DNA of 64,000 nt from Tubiluchus corallicola. Its lineage: Eukaryota > Animalia > Priapulida. Positions 13,601-28,314 of the stretch are shown here, one piece after another. Positions within the stretch are counted from its first letter, which is position 1, and each line of letters opens with the position of its first letter. The position numbers were made by a program, and so were the translations under genes. The notes under the pieces are model-generated. The model was not told where the DNA came from. It searched no databases and worked only from the letters and a program-made list of their open reading frames with translations. Location: the NCBI GenBank assembly GCA_030141605.1, contig JAQGDQ010000217.1:186001-250000 (forward strand), in the 5' to 3' direction.

Positions 13601-16600
13601 TATTTTGCCAACTAAATATGCATTTTACAGTTAATTAAAGGAAAATCACTTTTTGTGTTGAGATGAGAAGGTTGCATTTATTAACTGGAAAAATAACAAA
13701 AAAACTAGTAATTAACACCAAAGATACTTTTCATTTTGTATAATTGTTACTCTGTTCTGCAGTCAGTAATGTCATACCCATAATAAACTCATTGCAATTT
13801 TGTCCAATATCTTTTCCTTCCCAGCCGTCAATAGCTTTCTGGAGTTCGTTCATCTTAGCTAGTGCAGCACGTCGACTCGTCCTGCCATGAAACCGCAAAG
13901 ACGTTTCACTGTAAAATATTCAAATTTTATGCTTTTGAAGAGACAAGTGCATTATATACAACATCCACAGCTTATGAATGGCATGAAGAATTGCACAGGG
14001 ATGCAGAAGCAAAAAAATGATAATTATAATAATAATAACATTAAGAGCAAATCATTAGTTGCACAATGCAGAATGAAGGAGGAAAACAATATTATAATAT
14101 TGACATAATTTTTTTTCACTTTCCATCAAATATCCAAACAAGGAGGTAATTATTACTTGCTGAACGTTAAGTTTTAAACTGGATTTGTCAAATCTATTAA
14201 TAATTTAGCTACTTGTGTTAACTTTTTGACATGAACATGGGTTTTTTTACACATTAGAGGGGTGCATTGTTGAGTTGTCACCACTGCCAAAATTAAATTA
14301 AGAAGTTGCTCGTTGCTCCAACATCATTTTGTGAATGTTACACATCATTCTGCGTGGATTATTTCTTGCAATTTTTCTGTTGCATGCCATTTCAATGGCT
14401 GTCCCATTAAAGCCCATATTTATAATTCACAAAATAAAAATGATTTGCTTTCTCATTCTTCAGTCGATCTTTATCAAAATCGAAGTGATTATTCACTCTT
14501 TAACCTTAACCCATCCCTCCACCAAATTTCATTGAAATTTAACAAAAATGTTTATGATATCTTGCAGGTATAATTTTTATTCATCAAATATAAGTATATT
14601 ACAACTAATCCTCTCTTAACGATGCTAATGTGTTCCAGCAAAACATGTCATTAAATGAAACGTCGTTATACAAAATAATGCCTTCCAAAGAAAACAATGT
14701 AAAAGCATTAAGTTGTGTGCCCTACCCAAAGATCAATAATGCATGGCCTACATAAGAATGCTCACTAAGTTACCCTGCAGGATGAAAATCAATAATGCCT
14801 GGCTATGCAAATCTCTAAGTTGTTTTGTTGGACACAAATTAATAATGCTTGGATCACAAATCAAAAACTTTATGACGTTTATTCCTGATAATTTTTAACT
14901 AAAAGCTAAAGAAACTAAACTTTGCAGTGAAAATTCAAATTTGAAACATAGACTTTTTTCTTACATATACATATCTTGCATCTATGCTTGTTTTTTTACA
15001 AAAAAAATCTAGCGATGATTGCTCAAGCTTTCTCTTTTCTGTTAAAACTTCTTTTCAACAATGAAAAGCATTAGCAACATCTTGTAACACTTTTGAACTT
15101 TGCTCTCTATGTGGGTTATTTTCACAGAAACATTCAAGTCTAGTGCCAATACTATATTTTTAGAAGCTTTTTTGCATATGTTTAACGCTAGCCACTTCTG
15201 ACTAATGCCCCTAAGAATATCTCTGACAACATAAATGCAAATGAGATGAACTCAGCAATAAGTAACCCAATATGTAATATGAAAGATTTTTAACAGAGGA
15301 CCTTCATCAAAGTGCTACAGCAATTAGTGGGTGGTCAGCAATGAAACACAGCTGCCGGCCTCTGACTGATTAGTGCAACAAATTATTATAGTGATTTCTG
15401 TTAATACGACAAGTGCAGCAAACAAAAGTACGGAACTTGAAAGCTGAAAAATCATCATTAAAATGAGACATCGGTTGTTAAGTAAATAAAAGGTGTCGTA
15501 AGTGGTAATATTATATGAAATTTTGTTTTCATTTTAAAACATTAAAAAAATTAGTCAACCCTCCCTGTCGCCGAAACAACCATGCTTTGAAATTTTACTG
15601 AAATTCATTCCCAAGTTTTTGAGATATCATCTTGACAAACAAATATATGACCAGTGAACACAGAACTTTCTTGATATTTCTTGGTAGACGCAATTACTAA
15701 GAACTAAACTTCACTCTACGAATTTCATATATACGAACACATACTCTGGCTTTTTCTTAGGAAGGCTGCCTTTTGTTAACCGGTCTAAAACTACTTGTAG
15801 AGGATACATTGCACTATCAGCTTGTTCTAGAGTCTCCTTGTCTTCAGGGTCCGGAGATAACTTCAATAATTGCTGTAAAAATTATTAACTTATAAAACAA
15901 CAAGCTCTGTGCAATCCAACAAAGAACTGAAATATTACTATAAATAACTGCTTTGTTTTTATGGCACTAATTTAGTTAAGGCCTAAATGTTACGTCATTC
16001 ATAGTAGTTTTTAGGAGAATTGTAACTTCTTTATTGAAATTAATTTAATAATTATTTTGATTAATTTTCTTAAAAATGTATACTGCCAGAACTAGTGTAA
16101 TTTAAGCATTAATAAGCATAAGCTCCTATGTCACATAAACATTTTATCGTTCCACTTTACGATCACATTTTTAGGAAGACATGCAAAACAAATAAAAAGC
16201 CAAACCTTAATCCTTTCAAAATATTGCAGGCAGTGATATACAGGTCCAAGTAATAACTTTGGCAGTACATACTTAACAGTGGAAGTGAACCCTTGGCCAG
16301 CAGACTGTAAAAAATGAAAAAATAAATAAATAAGTGAAATTATTTGATTTTCCTCATGGCACATTTTCACAAAAACTTGTATTTGATAAAAAAAAACAAT
16401 GTGTGATGAACTAAACGATGTATTCAAAATCGTTCCATTAACAGCAACGTACCCCTAGCGAACGTAGAACATCAGGCCTCTGTAGTAATGTGTTGAGCCG
16501 ATCTCGACCATTTGGCTTTAGAATTTCTACAGTATAGCTTTCATAGACCATCCATTCTGCCGTCTTTAAAGTACAAACACACAAAAGTAAAATTAAAAAC

Positions 16601-19600
16601 TTCAGATATAGCTATTCCGCTTGCCCATTTCCAATATCAACATGAATACCATAACAGTATATGTATTTATAATCACTGCTAGAATAATCAAAATGGCTAC
16701 TAAAATCTTAATTGGTCTACCTCAGCCATTTCCTCAAAGCAGCTGCCGACTGTCGCACAACTACTATCATCGGTCATCTCAAGGGTGTCTTCTATTAGAC
16801 CAAGGAATGTGACAGACGCGCGATGCACATCAACTATGTTACTAAATATCACATCTATGTCCTGCAAGGAAACATACACAAAGTGAAACATGTCTCTGAA
16901 AGTAATAAAACAATGCAAATAATAAGTGGCTATAAACTACAAACATACTTACGTAGTATATTTTTGTATAGTAATTTAGATATTATATAATTGACATCTA
17001 TTCATCCTCACAAATAACACAATGCTCAAAACAAAATTATGACAATTATAATTACTTCCGAAAGTTCACACTAAGACTAAAGTGCTCAACTTATATCATA
17101 ATGCTTTGCTCAGATTAGTAATAAATAAACCTTTTATAATACTTGGGGTCAATTTAGCAATACACAGTATACATTACACAGTTCAATTTCAAAATTATTA
17201 CTTAAATTACTGTTCAGCATAATGCATCAATGTATTACGACATGTTGCTTTATAACTGTTCAACCCATGTTTCAAAACATTCATTTATTTATATTATTTA
17301 CAATTTAAAGGGGAATAGGACACAATTTTAAGCTACAGCTGTAAATAACCTAATGTATAAAACATTGAAAGAGAACATAATAGTTTGTAAGAGTGATTTA
17401 GGGTTGATTACTACCATGGAAGTTTAACTTCATGTTCGTATAGTGTTACATGCATTTCGCCATTCAATAGTTAGATGGAAACAGCATCTATACCGCGGAA
17501 ATGCAATGTACAGAAAATAGGTGCTGTATCTCTCAGTTCAGTTCTAACGTATCACTTTTGCAAACACATGCAATGCCCTCACAGAATATTTGAGCTATTG
17601 CAAAATTATGTTCAGTTCTGAAGTCATGGTTTGCTGCTCTCACTGGCCAGTAATCAAGTTTTTAAGTTATTACTTAATTATCAGAACCACTTTAGCATTA
17701 TTTTAGATGTTAAAATGTATACCTTTACCATACTTCAAAATAGACTTCTTTTCCTTTAAGCAATTCATAAAGACAGTTTATTTAAATGTTCTTGTTCAGA
17801 TCAACAAAAAAATATTAGGAGTCAAAATTTTAAATTAATATCCGTGCTAATCTTTCATTTAGATACTTATTAAGATTGAGACAGTTAAAAAGAAAGTGCT
17901 AATCACAGATTCAGGGGAAAACAAAGGTTATTCACAATACTGAAACGCACGATACTAATTTTGGTTTGAACTTTGTAAATTAATAGAAAATATAGATGTT
18001 TAAAGGAAAAAAACAATCCTTGGGCAACATTTATTGCATTTAAGCAATTAAAAAATTTGAAATCACCTCGTAATACGTGCATAAAAGTGCCTTGCTTAAA
18101 AATGCAAGATAAAAATAAATTTAAATATTTCTTATCCCGCCAAGCGAACATCATTGCTGGCATATTTGAAAATGATTTAAGCTGGTGCCTGCTGGGAAAC
18201 ACGAATGCCATGAAGGCAAGCTGTGGTGAAAGTACGCAATGCAAAATTTCTACAGTTCACTCAGAAGTTCTGTTATTCTAGTGGTGTGTTTAACAGCGTT
18301 TATGTAAAACTTAGTCATTGGATCAATTATGACGCAATTTAAAGTAGTTACATAGTTTTAATCCACAGAATTATACCTTAAAAATTTATTAATTGTTTAT
18401 TAATTGTGTAAATAATTAATTTACAAAATTCTGCTGACTTTCAGATGTGCATTCAAACACATGATGCTATGTTTCGTTCAAAATAAGCAAGCCCAAAAGT
18501 GAAGTGATCGCGACTTCAAATTGATTTTACTAATTAGGCGAGATGTCCATCACAATTTCATTGCTGAAACTTTGTAACATTTTTCGCAAATATTAAAATA
18601 AGCTCAACTTTCCTAAAGATTGACTTTTGCTTTAAACACAAATCTGAGTCAAGTTGCTGACCCTTTTAAGAGCAGTATCACCTAATGCACACAACTTGTT
18701 GATACTATAAAAACATACAATCTTGAAATATAAAATAAGCACTTTCTATAAAGGCTGTTAATTACTCTTAACATAGAAGTTTTAATCATTACTGATTTTA
18801 TTAACCCATCCAATTACCTGATCTAACAACAGTTTGAAAATTTTGCATTGTTGGCAAACTTAATGTTAAAAAGCTATGTTTTCACAACTCACAAATGAAA
18901 AACCTTGTCAGTCATATGGTACATATTTTTCAGAAGGCCTAAGTAAAATTGCCACTTGATCAAGTTATTGGAGAACTATGATGGTGATTCTTCCTGCAAT
19001 TCATTGCTAATAGCAGGGAAGAATTTTTTGACTGGAACAAAACTTAATTTTTTCAGAAAATAAAAAGGACTCACTTTGCTTCGTGGAAACAAGTCTACAA
19101 ATGGAGCTCGAAAAACTTTGACAATCATGTTCAAATCTCGGATGTACTGAGTCTCTTCGTGAATCATGTCTTTGATGGCCTCACTGTATGTTAATGACAC
19201 CCGATTGGTAGGCTCCTCTTCCACGGACAGCAGAACGTCATCATCCTGATGAAACATGTCCATGAGGACCTACAACGACAAGATCAAAATCCAAATGTAG
19301 CACTCTTCATCAACAGTGCAACCATTGACCTTTAATAGTACATAATGTAATGTATTCTATTCAGTGTTAGGGAGGTGTTCAACTCATAAGAGAAATAAGA
19401 CATGTGCAAGCTTGTTCAGTAAATTTTGAATCAGTAAAATCAGTGACAATCACTTAGTCCACATGTTATAAAACCACAAGATCACAAGCCAACATTTTGG
19501 TAACAAACTAACAATCACTATAGCAACATAAATCACTATAGTCATTTATTTTGAACAGACCATGGTCTGAGATATTAGCATTATTCTTTGACATAGCACT

Positions 19601-22246
19601 CAAGGTAAAATTTAATGCATTATATTGTTTGAGCCATTTTATAGACATAAAGGTTATTATCTCTTACATATGTTTTGTCACTTATATTTCATATTGCACT
19701 TTGCATTTTGCTGTATATGTGTGGTTTCGTTATAAGGCCAATAAAGCTATATTGTTGTACAATTAAATTGCTTTAGTAATGATTCAGTAAGCCATCAAAG
19801 GTCACATTAATTAAATAAGTACTTCTTTGAGACAGAGTACACAGGAACAACAATAAGTACCTTGTCAGCACACATTGCTACTCTGATATCTTGACAGGTG
19901 ATTTCATCATGTCGAATATTTTTTACGTAGTTTCCTGCAAGCTGAAAACAACCAAAAGTTGTTAGGTAAATTTGGCATAAAATGTTTAATTGAATATAAT
20001 ACAATAGCAAAGTCTTAATAAATTGTCAAAATGAAGATACCCGAGAGGGGAAAAAACATGCAAATATGTCATGCGTGCAAATGCTTCAGCACTTTAAGAA
20101 CAAATTACTGGATAAGCTGTGCAGGAAAATACCTTTAGGATGTCTGCTGAAATATATTCTAACACAGCCACGATGTAAAGTGTTGTACTATAGTCGACCT
20201 TATATTGTAACACTTCCTGTAAGTAAAAAAATAAATAAATACATGAACAACAAATTTAATAAGATCAGTTCTAAAAAGTCAGTCAAAATTTTCGATTTCT
20301 TCATGACAACTGCTGATGTTACAAACTGCATAGCTGAAACTAATGTTCAGAATGACGGAAAACTTTAGTACAGTGGTGAGTGACACAGTCCACAAGCAAT
20401 GACTTTTACGCGACCGTGAAACTGAAATGTGCAAATATTTAAACAAAACAGCTGACCTTTTGTAGAAGTGGGTGAATTTTGTCTACAGGCAGTACCAAGG
20501 GACATTTCTTTTTCCCTTTTTGCACTGCTTCCTGAGCATCTTTCATTGCCCACTTGTCTATCGGATTGGGAAAAGTTTTACTAACTCTTTCTTCAACGTC
20601 CTGCAAAAATAGTAAACATTTTTAATAAGTAAATTAATTAGTTACATTTAAAATCATCCAAATAGTTTTCCAGTATGTTGCGACATTCGTAGGTTGCCGT
20701 CGGTTTTAGCAAAAACGAAGCTGATGATGATCTATGAGGGTTAAAATATACAGAAAAATTATGTGGATGATTTGCATGAAAGTGCTGCGAAATTACAAGT
20801 CCAGAGACCATGAAAAACAATTGAACAGGCGCCTGACAACAGATTAAGGCAGACTCTTAGATGTGATTTTAAGAAACCAATTAATAATGCTCCTACAGAG
20901 GAACAAATGCTAGTCCATATAAATCAAAGAACCTCTAGAAATATTATATGGAAAATCTGATATCTTTTTATATAGGCAAAAAGTGTCGTTACCTATTAAC
21001 AGAATTCAAAAGAAAGAGCATATAAGTGAATATAGTAACCCTGTGATAAATCTTAAGAATTCTTGCTCTTCGCAACACCTAATCGATATCACAGCCAATT
21101 AACCAATTATCAGCTATGTACATTTACCTGATATGTGTGCGGCTGTGATGCACATAACATTCCAAGTAACTTAAGTATAAGGCTTTCAATGTATTCAAGA
21201 GCATCTTGCTTTGAACTCAAGTAATGGTGTACTTGTCGCTGTACCTGCACAATCAAATAATATTCATTCAACAACCACAAATTTTGAAACATAAAACATT
21301 ATTAAAACCAGTTACAAATAAAGGAATATTATAGTTCACAGCTGGATAAAACGTTAAAGTGCTGTATAAATTTGCAAATAAATTACACAGTTTGTGAAAC
21401 TGTCACACTTACAAAGTCACAATTCAAGGTTCTATATAACCTCATTTGGAGTACTGTAGTCTACAGCACCAGGCTGGTGTTTCAGATTGTTACCTTATAC
21501 CACTTGGCAGAATGTAAAATCATGTTGTCAGTCTGGTCGGGTCTGACTACTGTCTTTATTCTCTTTCATCACCTCACCACCCATTATTCATTATTCGTTT
21601 TATTGTATTATATGTTATATCATTGTACGATAGTCTAGTCTGAATGTAAACTAAATTGTTTGATTCATAACTTTTGCTGTGAACGAATTCAACTGATCCG
21701 CATTTTCCAGAACGTGATGCCCACAAGGAAAAGTCACAAAGAATAAAATTGTTTACATGTACAAATCAACATAATTAATGAAGCTGTTAATGTAACAAAG
21801 TGCTTGGATTAATAACTCTAATAAAACATTGTTTTGTCGATCAACAGCATTAAAAATAGGCACAACAATAACAGGATCAAAATAACTTAAATTAGACTTG
21901 ACCTAATGACAAAACTATAGAAAATCTTTATATATATATATTAAGTGACAATGATGCTAAATTGGCCTCAAAATAAACCACAGTGTAGTACTTGTCAAAA
22001 TAGGTTAAGTAAGAGGAAAAGTTTGTGCTGCACTTAAAGATATCATAATCAGTTTTGAGTGCAGTAAATCGTTAAATAACGACTAACTAGGAATGTGAAT
22101 AGTGACTAATTAGGGATGCTGCAACACTGCATGATTTGGGCAATACACGCCTTACAACTAACCTTTTGCAGCGACTCCAGAAAGAGCCCTTTCCATTTTG
22201 CAACATTATCATCCGAAGTAAAATCGTACGGTTGCAAATCTGGCAT
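4648..22246 (-). CDS. SOS: Son of sevenless Ras GEF (histone fold-DH-PH-REM-CDC25-Pro-rich tail), 25 coding exons, ~1326 aa
   Basis: Exons in transcript order: 22246-22163, 21244-21128, 20600-20457, 20216-20133, 19941-19861, 19269-19075, 16861-16721, 16563-16453, 16304-16206, 15872-15745, 13908-13778, 13375-13190, 12711-12594, 12195-12112, 11671-11459, 11105-10986, 10481-10325, 9911-9810, 9556-9401, 8510-8328, 7687-7570, 7234-7062, 6589-6473, 6127-5899, 5357-4648. All phases are consistent (3981 nt). Peptides [84 protein letters not shown] and [25 protein letters not shown] match SOS1/2. Confidence 0.97.
8919..9126. mobile_element. Degenerate short MITE (hAT-like)
   Basis: AGTGCTG...CAGCACT ends with internal GAGTC/GACTC repeats. 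Confidence 0.3.
11106..11458 (-). other. U12-type (minor spliceosome) AT-AC intron of SOS
   Basis: 5' end ATATCCTTT, branch site TTCCTTAGC (11124-11116) about 10 nt from a terminal AC. Removal joins LIER|FDIPEP in frame. Confidence 0.93.
15540..15697 (+). mobile_element. Possible Helentron-associated (HINE/DINE-like) element 3' remnant
   Basis: Motif order AAATTTTACTGAAATTC...GTTTTTGAGATATC...GACAAACAAA...TTCTTGGTAGACGCAATTA resembles non-autonomous Helentron ends; degenerate. Confidence 0.35.
17309..17755. mobile_element. Possible Kolobok-like non-autonomous element
   Basis: TTAA|AGG at the left and CCT|TTAA at the right; TIR similarity is weak beyond the first bases. Confidence 0.25.
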
Positions 22247-22249
22247 GGT

Positions 22250-22650
22250 ATTACTTGTTAATTTTTGCTAATTTATGTTGCAAAACCTGCGCGTGTGTTA
22301 TCACCATCTAATACAGACGACCCGTATTTACATAATATTACACAAATTCTTGTAGTTTCTGCCCTTTCAGCAAGCTGAAGTTGGCGAAAAAAACAAAATC
22401 AAGATGGCAGTTTTAAACGGACATCGCGTTTTCTTCTTAATAAACTAGAAACGGAGCCGACAATTATTAATCGTTGGCAGATTTCTCAATTTTGAAAGAA
22501 AGCCTATGTAACAGAAGACACTCGAGTCATTATTTCACTAACAAAATCACGGAAATCTAGCTTATTATTATAAAATTTCGATAACAGGACCTCGCGTTTA
22601 GCCCTATAATTTTCACACGATGTGTTCGCCATCTAGTGTGGAATTAAGAT
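22250..22650 (-). promoter_or_regulatory. SOS promoter/5' UTR region with YY1-like (AAGATGGCAG ~22401-22410) and CTCF-like (CACTAGATGGCG, minus strand 22627-22638) motifs
   Basis: CpG-enriched relative to flanks, directly upstream of the SOS ATG; motifs read from the sequence. Confidence 0.5.
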
Positions 22651-23678
22651 AAGTTCAGGAAAGTTAATTTAATCGTGTTTCGTTTTTCTGCACATTGTCC
22701 GCATTCTGTGATTTCTGTACAGTGCAAAACTGTACACAACGTACAGTGCTGGCGCACAGGATCTATAGTTACTCTATAAATGCAAAAATAAAAGGCAGTA
22801 AATAAAGGCAAATTATTACTTTTGAGAAAAAATGCAATCAAAGTTTGCAGTCCTGCCCCCAAATCATTATATCGTCATTATAATAGCAAGAAAAAGTGCC
22901 ATCCATTTGGTACGAACGCATCAAAATCTTAATTTTGTTAGCTGTTACTTACTACTGCCTCTTATAATAGGCCCAAGTAAGCCGAAATTATAGTATACAT
23001 GTTCAACATGTTTGAAGGACGTGTATTAGAACCATTTTGCTTGTAAAATTCGTTTGCTTTTGGCCTGGCAGTGTAAGTTTTTCAATTCGCTTTGTTTTAC
23101 ATGACAAAATTCTGGCTATAAAAGCATGCGTTTGTAATAATGCATGCCCACGGATTTAAATAACGCACTTGCACATAGAGTGTGCATATCTGACTGATAT
23201 GTATTAAAACTGTACATAATAGTTTTTTGTTTTACAATGGCTTGCTTAGTTTTACTGCAATTAATAATGATCGATGTAAAACTCATTTGCAAATTTGTTG
23301 TATATGCTGAGTAAACAGTTCTTGGCAGTGATGCTGTTATCCATCAAGCAAACATTGTCTGCATACGTCACATACAAGGACAGTACCCTTCCCTGATGGA
23401 ATCTATACTTTTTACATGAAAATGAGCGTGGATATAATCACCCTAATCTACACTTAATATCTGATTAACATAAAAATTGCTTATACACATATACAAAGCT
23501 ATATACTGAAATATATATAGCCACATATATATATTTAGAAATACAATGTATATATTGTATAGCTAGGCACGGGGCTGTTCACATGAGCATTGCTTTCTGA
23601 GAAAAAAACGGTTAACATGTCCCAGAGATGAAAATTGTTAGTTAGAGGCACTCATTCGCACTTTACAGTGTGTGGTTC

Positions 23679-23739
23679 CATACATACATACATACATACA
23701 TACATACATACATACATACATACATACATACATACATAC
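23679..23739. repeat. (CATA)n microsatellite, ~15 units
   Basis: Direct reading. It lies 3' of the minus-strand LINE fragment and could be its tail. Confidence 0.95.
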
Positions 23740-24149
23740 AAGTATTATAATTATTACGGTTATTGTAACTTGATCTGTCAATTGAGTGATTATAAGATGA
23801 AATTTAACTCTAAACCTGTTAATAACAATTCAGAATATTATAGCGAATCTTGGATGTTGTTCTTGTATGCTGTTATCTAAGTTGAGATTATGATGTCAGA
23901 AACACAGATGTAATGTTTCATGGATTCAAGGTTAGCAGTTAGAGCATATTCCTGAGATGTATGTCTTCTGATGATTGTACTTTTCCAAAAAACCTTCTTC
24001 ATATAAGCAAGACGGTTTTTTCAGATACATGCCGATATTGTCTACTCTATATATCCGTCATTACGAGCCATAATAAATGATTGTAATTAAAACAACCACG
24101 TGATACAACAAAACAACTCGTTTTCGATTTCCCAACTATTGGTAGTTAC

Positions 24150-25290
24150 AATAGTTACAGAATTTAGAAAATTTTCAGTTTACTAAGAGTGTAAAATACT
24201 TTATAAACAGCCATTGTCAACTGACTGAACATGCCTCTTTCCTAAAAACAGCAACTATATATATTTATAAAATTGTCTGCAACTGTTTTGATTGCAAAAA
24301 TTTGGTTGGCACAATGGTACCCTTTTCGGAACCCTAATTGTTTATTAGTTAATAATTTCTGTTCTTCACGGTAACTTTGAATACGTTCATTATAAACTGT
24401 TGCGAACAGTTTACTCAGGCAGCTAGATACAGCGATACATCTGTAATTACTACGCATATCTGCGTCATCAGTTTTATAAATAGGCACAATATGGCTCTCA
24501 GACAAAATGCGTGGATATACACCAGTTGAATAAATCAGATTATATAATTTACATAAACTAGGTCCTATTAGAACTACTGACGATTTTAAAATTTCATTTG
24601 TTATAAAATAGTCTGTGCAAGACTTGTTATTGTTTAATCTGTTTACACTCTTATTGATTTCCTGTACAGTGAATATATAGTCAAGCTCAGAAAAACAGTG
24701 AGGTTCTTTCTTGAAAGTTTCTTCAATTTGAGGTATAAGCATCATTGGCAATATTGCTGTTCATAAGACTTTTAAAATAATTTAGCCATTCAGTAGGTTC
24801 AAATGGGGTTTTGTTATGTTTTGAATTTTTCTTCAGTTGTGAAATAGTATCCCAAAAGGCAGCAGGATTAGATTTTTCTAGATTTTTTAGCTGCCCGATT
24901 ACAGTTGATGTATATCGTCTCATAGTGGAACGTTGCAATTTCCTAAGTCTTTTTTTTAATAGCTGTTCTCTTAAAGCTCTATGGAAGGAATTTCTGGACA
25001 GCTTTTCATTTTAAGTTTTTCATTATCTTTAATACTGCCTCGCAGTTCTTAGTAACCTAGAGTGTTTTATTTTTCAACATATTTTAACTTAGAGCGCCTT
25101 ACATGACCTAATCTAAGCAGTTTTGGGTTTTCAACCCTAATACAATGTTGATAAATTTCATTGATATTAAAACATGCCTCATCAACAATTCAACACCAAT
25201 TTTTTGCAATAGTTTTTAGTCATTTCTTGGGTATAATTACCGCTTAAAATGGTGGTACCTTTGCTTTGGCATTTCAAATTTTTTCAAGTC
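24150..25290 (-). mobile_element. Decayed non-LTR retrotransposon (LINE) ORF2 fragment
   Basis: Frameshifted ORFs 24723-24938 (NPAAFWDTISQLK) and 24242-24751 (IVPIYK..D..SNYRCIAVSSCLSKLF...QLGFRKG) correspond to the RT N-terminal subdomains. Boundaries are approximate. Confidence 0.88.
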
Positions 25291-25309
25291 AGACCCCATT
25301 TAATTTGTG

Positions 25310-25626
25310 CAGGCCATAATGGTGCAGTCACCGACTGTTCGCCGTAACAGTGTGGGCGCAAACATTGCGTAGAAAAACGAAGATGACTGAAAAATTACAT
25401 TATTGCGCATATGTGCCCGACCATTTTACTTTCTGAAAACACTTTTACTTAAACTTATGTTAAATTTTGTACTTTTGCTGATTTTTATTTAAAGATAAAA
25501 AATAAATCGTGCAGAGGCCTAATCTCATTCTCGCGATTGTTGTTTTTACTCTTATTGTTTCTACCCATTTGAACGAAATGAGAAGTGAAAGTCGGACAAA
25601 TCTGAAGATGGAAGTTGCCCTGTGAG
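25310..25626 (+). promoter_or_regulatory. Candidate promoter and non-coding first exon of the MBD-F-box gene
   Basis: Local CpG enrichment, TCTCGCGA motif at 25529-25536 and donor-like GAG|GTACC near 25626. An acceptor (ACAG|G ~28240) precedes the ATG at 28315. Confidence 0.4.
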
Positions 25627-27326
25627 GTACCGACCAGTTTTTAAATTACTCATTTATAACTAGTCAGCAAGGAGTGTCAGTCAAATTATTGCGCCAATAT
25701 GCAGACGTGCATTGTCGTCTATTGGACTAACCTGTTCGATTAAAATGGGAGTATGAAAAAATAGCAACAACGAAGCATTGAAAGAAGTAGTTACAGCCTG
25801 ATTTTCAAAGATTATATTATTATGCATATTTGATGCCTGCAATGTTTGACTATTTATTGCAAGAAGTTCACTTTAACTAACCAACGTCTGTGCAGCACGC
25901 CTACACAAATTGTTTAGTTGATTGATTGAATGGAGTAGAGAAAATCAGCATATTCTTTTATAAACAAAATAAAAATCTCGGATGTCAAGCTAAAACTGAC
26001 AAACAAGTTTGATGAAAAAACTCATCGCCTAAATGGCCTTTAAGATAGAGTGCTGACAGGTGTCACTTTCTATTGATTTGTACAATTGCACATGTCTTAA
26101 ACGTGTGGCATTCCTGATTTGGTATGGCAGCGAGTTTTGCTGTGTTTACTAATAGTAATACTGTTAAGTATTAGTAATATTAGTAATAGTAATAATAAAA
26201 GTACGGAAACTTTGATGCGTTTGTGCTTACTAAATTCCTAAGTGCCGTGAATTTTTTCCCAAAATCAAATAAAATAAATGTGTGAGCACTTGCAAACCAA
26301 AACTGTCCACATGTTAGCATAGCTAAATAAAAGTGCGTTATGGTGCTTCAAAGTAGAATGCATCAAAAATTGGGTAAAATGTCAATTTTTTACAAAAATA
26401 ATTGCTAAATACATTGGCCTTTTATGGTCTGGCTGAATTAGTTTTTTTTATAACTTCTTATCTGCATTTTGTCAAAAATTAAACTCGCATTTTCAAACTC
26501 CAATAGTTGTTCGTGGTGGAAGCAGTCATTTTGCTTGACTTTTTTCCAATGTCAAGTCCAGGTCTTTGTTTGGAAGTGCCAACTATAGGATTTAAATGTA
26601 ACTTCATTGAGCTTTTGCAAAGCAAGCATCTGTTCATACAGTTGCTACGTGTTTTTGTAGAAGTGCGACAAAGAACAATGGCAAACTTTAACAGCGATTT
26701 TCTTAAGGATTATATTTTTCAGTGTGCTGCCTGAAGTGCAAATGCAATGTGGTCTATATCTGACAGGTAGAAATAACATAGGGCAGTGCACTTCGGGCCA
26801 GAATTTCAACGCGAATCCCTGAATCCATTCACGCCAATGCCCATTACCACGAATGTCATTAGATTCGCAGAGGTTTTATCTGGATGTTGAAAAATAAACT
26901 AAATACTGGCACTAATGTGACTTTTTCGGTTTTAGCCTAGTGCTAGCTTGTATGTTGCCATATTGCGCTTGGGAGCTTACTTAGTTACTTCACAAGTATG
27001 TTTGGTGCACTGCACTTAAATTGTAGGGATCTACTGTCATTTTTAAACCAACAAGAATGCAGACTCCAGGTTGACAGTGTAAAGTTTGGAAATGGCAGAT
27101 TTGTCAAGTTATTAGTAAAATTTTGCATGTTTCGCTTAAATTTTGAGCAGTAATTGTTCCAAATGCTTGTTATGTACACACTTCTTGATGAAGAAAATGA
27201 TGATTGTGATTCACTGACAAACAGCAGAATCGACAAACTTCTAAATGGCTTGCAGACTGAATCAGGAAATGTTAGGTCTCATTCTGAAAAAAAAGTCACT
27301 ACTTATAGTGATTAATTCTTATTATA

Positions 27327-27712
27327 CACTCATATCTCGGTTTGCTGGACCTCGCTTTTATGGATATCAGAAGAATCAGACAAAATCTTGACTACTAACA
27401 AGTCTGGCATACTACGGACACAGTCCGTTGTTTCGTAAGCGGACCACTAGTTGGTCGCCTGTCACTTTGTTTACGTCATGTAGAAAAAATGTAGAGTCAA
27501 TTATGCAGAGTTATTTGAGTTAATTACTGATAGCTTTCATATACTCTTGCGTAGTATGTATTTTGCCCATACTAGACGTTTTTGGGACAATTAGGCGATT
27601 GATTCTACATTACCGTGTGTGTAATATATGTCGCTTACTGTATTAGCTTAGTATGGGTAATTACGGACAATCGACAAATTCGGAAAATGTCTAGCAAACC
27701 GAGATATGAATG
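27327..27712. mobile_element. Tc1/mariner-Tigger-type MITE, 386 bp
   Basis: TA-flanked 24-bp TIRs, CACTCATATCTCGGTTTGCTGGAC and GTCTAGCAAACCGAGATATGAATG (22/24 match). Confidence 0.85.
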
Positions 27713-28314
27713 TAAATGATTTTATATGAAATTCAGTCTTCATTGTTTCAATAATTATAATTCATTGTTCTTGAACTATGTAATTTAGACTTTGATTCTC
27801 TGGATTCTCATAAAAAGTCACGGCGAGAATCTGCTTATACTATGGCAAAATATAATGAAATTCTAGTCCTGAACTTGTATCAAAACGATCCTCGTGAAAC
27901 AGATATTCAGGATATGTGAGTAACTAAAAGGTTAACTGCTGATTTCCGGACGGTTGGTGCTGTGTAAGCACACAAGTTAGTGTTGTGAAATCATGTTATT
28001 TTCATTATTTTGGATATTGCTAATATACTTATTAATTGCGGCAAAAGCAGGTCAATACCAATACAATTAAATGCATACAGTGTCAGTACCAGTGTTATAG
28101 TTATCTATAGAACCCCATATCTAATGTTGGGTATCGTACAACACTGGTAACTTGGATGTATTTTCATTTTACAAGGCATTAGATGGTAATGAATTTTACA
28201 TTCATTTCACTAATTTTATTTCATTTGTTTGTTTACAGGAAACTATTCATATGAATTACCAAAATTTATAGACAAAGCTGAGCTATTAGTTTTACCAGTG
28301 CTAGCAATTCAATC

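Noticed and set aside
23635-23880. ORF with HTYI repeats
   Set aside because: Translation of (CATA)n.
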